Shown here piece after piece: positions 63,611 to 64,000 of a DNA stretch of 64,000 bases. The stretch lies in the NCBI GenBank assembly GCA_965237595.1, contig CBDEFY010000004.1, positions 415,414-479,413 of the forward strand. The letters run 5' to 3'. Under the pieces are notes generated by a model. The model was not told where the DNA came from. It saw only the letters and a list, made by a program, of their open reading frames with translations, and searched no databases. Within the stretch, counting starts at the first letter, position 1. Every line of letters begins with the position of its first letter. Source of the DNA: Dehalococcoidia bacterium (GTDB lineage Bacteria; Chloroflexota; Dehalococcoidia; Lucifugimonadales; UBA3495). The position numbers were made by a program, and so were the translations under genes.

Positions 63611-64000
63611 TTAGCGCCGAATATAGCTTGGCTCTCCACCCAGCCTCTCAACGGTAAGCTGGTTGCTCTCCGGACCTCCTATCAGCGAGTTCCGGCTCCT
63701 GTCCGCCCCAGTCACACAAAATCGATTTAGGGCTAGCAAGAATGGGTAGGCTTCAGGACTCCATTCCTCCGGGGAAGGGTTCCACGAAGTGTCGGGTGGT
63801 AGCAAATCAGGTTTGATTTGAGTCAAAGCATTTTTCTGAATCTTCCATATCGTCGTGCGACCCACAGGCAATGGCTCGCCTAGGTCGTGGCGCAATTCCT
63901 CTTATAGTCTGTCAACCGATAGCTTCCGCTGGGTTCGGACAGCCTCCGCGACAATACGAAATACCGCTTGTTCTACTTGTTTCGGGATTTGCTTTGGCAT
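63611..64000 (-). pseudogene. HTH-like ORF with an in-frame TAA; 5' end at or beyond the window edge
   Basis: MPKQIPKQVEQAVFRIVAEAVRTQRKLSVDRL(TAA 63902-63904)EELRHDLGEPLPVGRTTIWKIQKNALTQIKPDL... The same frame runs on both sides of the stop. Confidence 0.4.

Noticed and set aside
43900-63904. Stop-codon reassignment, pyrrolysine or read-through as an explanation for the in-frame TAG/TAA codons
   Set aside because: TAG, TAA and TGA all terminate well-conserved genes at the expected ends in this window. Examples are TAG after the Gfo/Idh/MocA gene, the fused CaiB and cysS, and TAA after the DinB-like gene. No pyl genes are seen. Frameshifts in the same genes or in neighbours fit decay or error better.

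Overview
High-GC bacterial chromosomal window, roughly 60% G+C from spot counts on a few lines. It is densely packed with aerobic catabolic paralogs. These include six family III (CaiB/BaiF) CoA-transferase domains, four luciferase-like monooxygenases (one decayed), a Baeyer-Villiger monooxygenase and an enoyl-CoA hydratase. There are also an acyl-CoA synthetase, SDR, Gfo/Idh/MocA and aldo-keto reductases, alpha/beta hydrolases and three MFS transporters. By inference only, this content resembles marine Chloroflexota of the SAR202 type. Housekeeping genes are interspersed: a cysS fused to a GT2 domain, meaB, hpf, an SPFH/NfeD pair, htrA, tRNA-Leu(CAA), and a FadR-type regulator followed by a 3-gene 2-oxoacid:ferredoxin oxidoreductase operon. 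Mobile DNA comprises an apparently intact IS630 (TA duplication, A7 frameshift site), an IS110 with a frameshifted transposase, and an IS3 that splits a gene. A RAYT-type (IS200-like Y1) gene is also present, surrounded by GTAG...CTAC-bracketed palindromic (REP-like) elements scattered through the window. The observations I rate highest are listed here. (1) A recurring ordered pair, Asp-less CaiB paralog then Asp-bearing CaiB paralog, occurs twice as adjacent genes and once as a single fused 2-domain polypeptide. (2) A low-GC island carries a peptidase-S74 tail-fibre-like gene cut in frame by the IS3, with a 204-bp internal tandem repeat and a coupled coiled-coil ORF. (3) A full-length CysRS is fused to a GT2 glycosyltransferase. 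(4) A 106-aa protein is 22% methionine. (5) A perfect in-frame 102-bp tandem duplication spans the SGTEA motif of a class III aminotransferase. (6) The window carries a heavy load of in-frame nonsense codons, frameshifts and gene stubs, which is either real gene decay or sequence error. No rRNA, CRISPR array or complete prophage was seen. All calls rest on motif recognition by eye; no database search was run.
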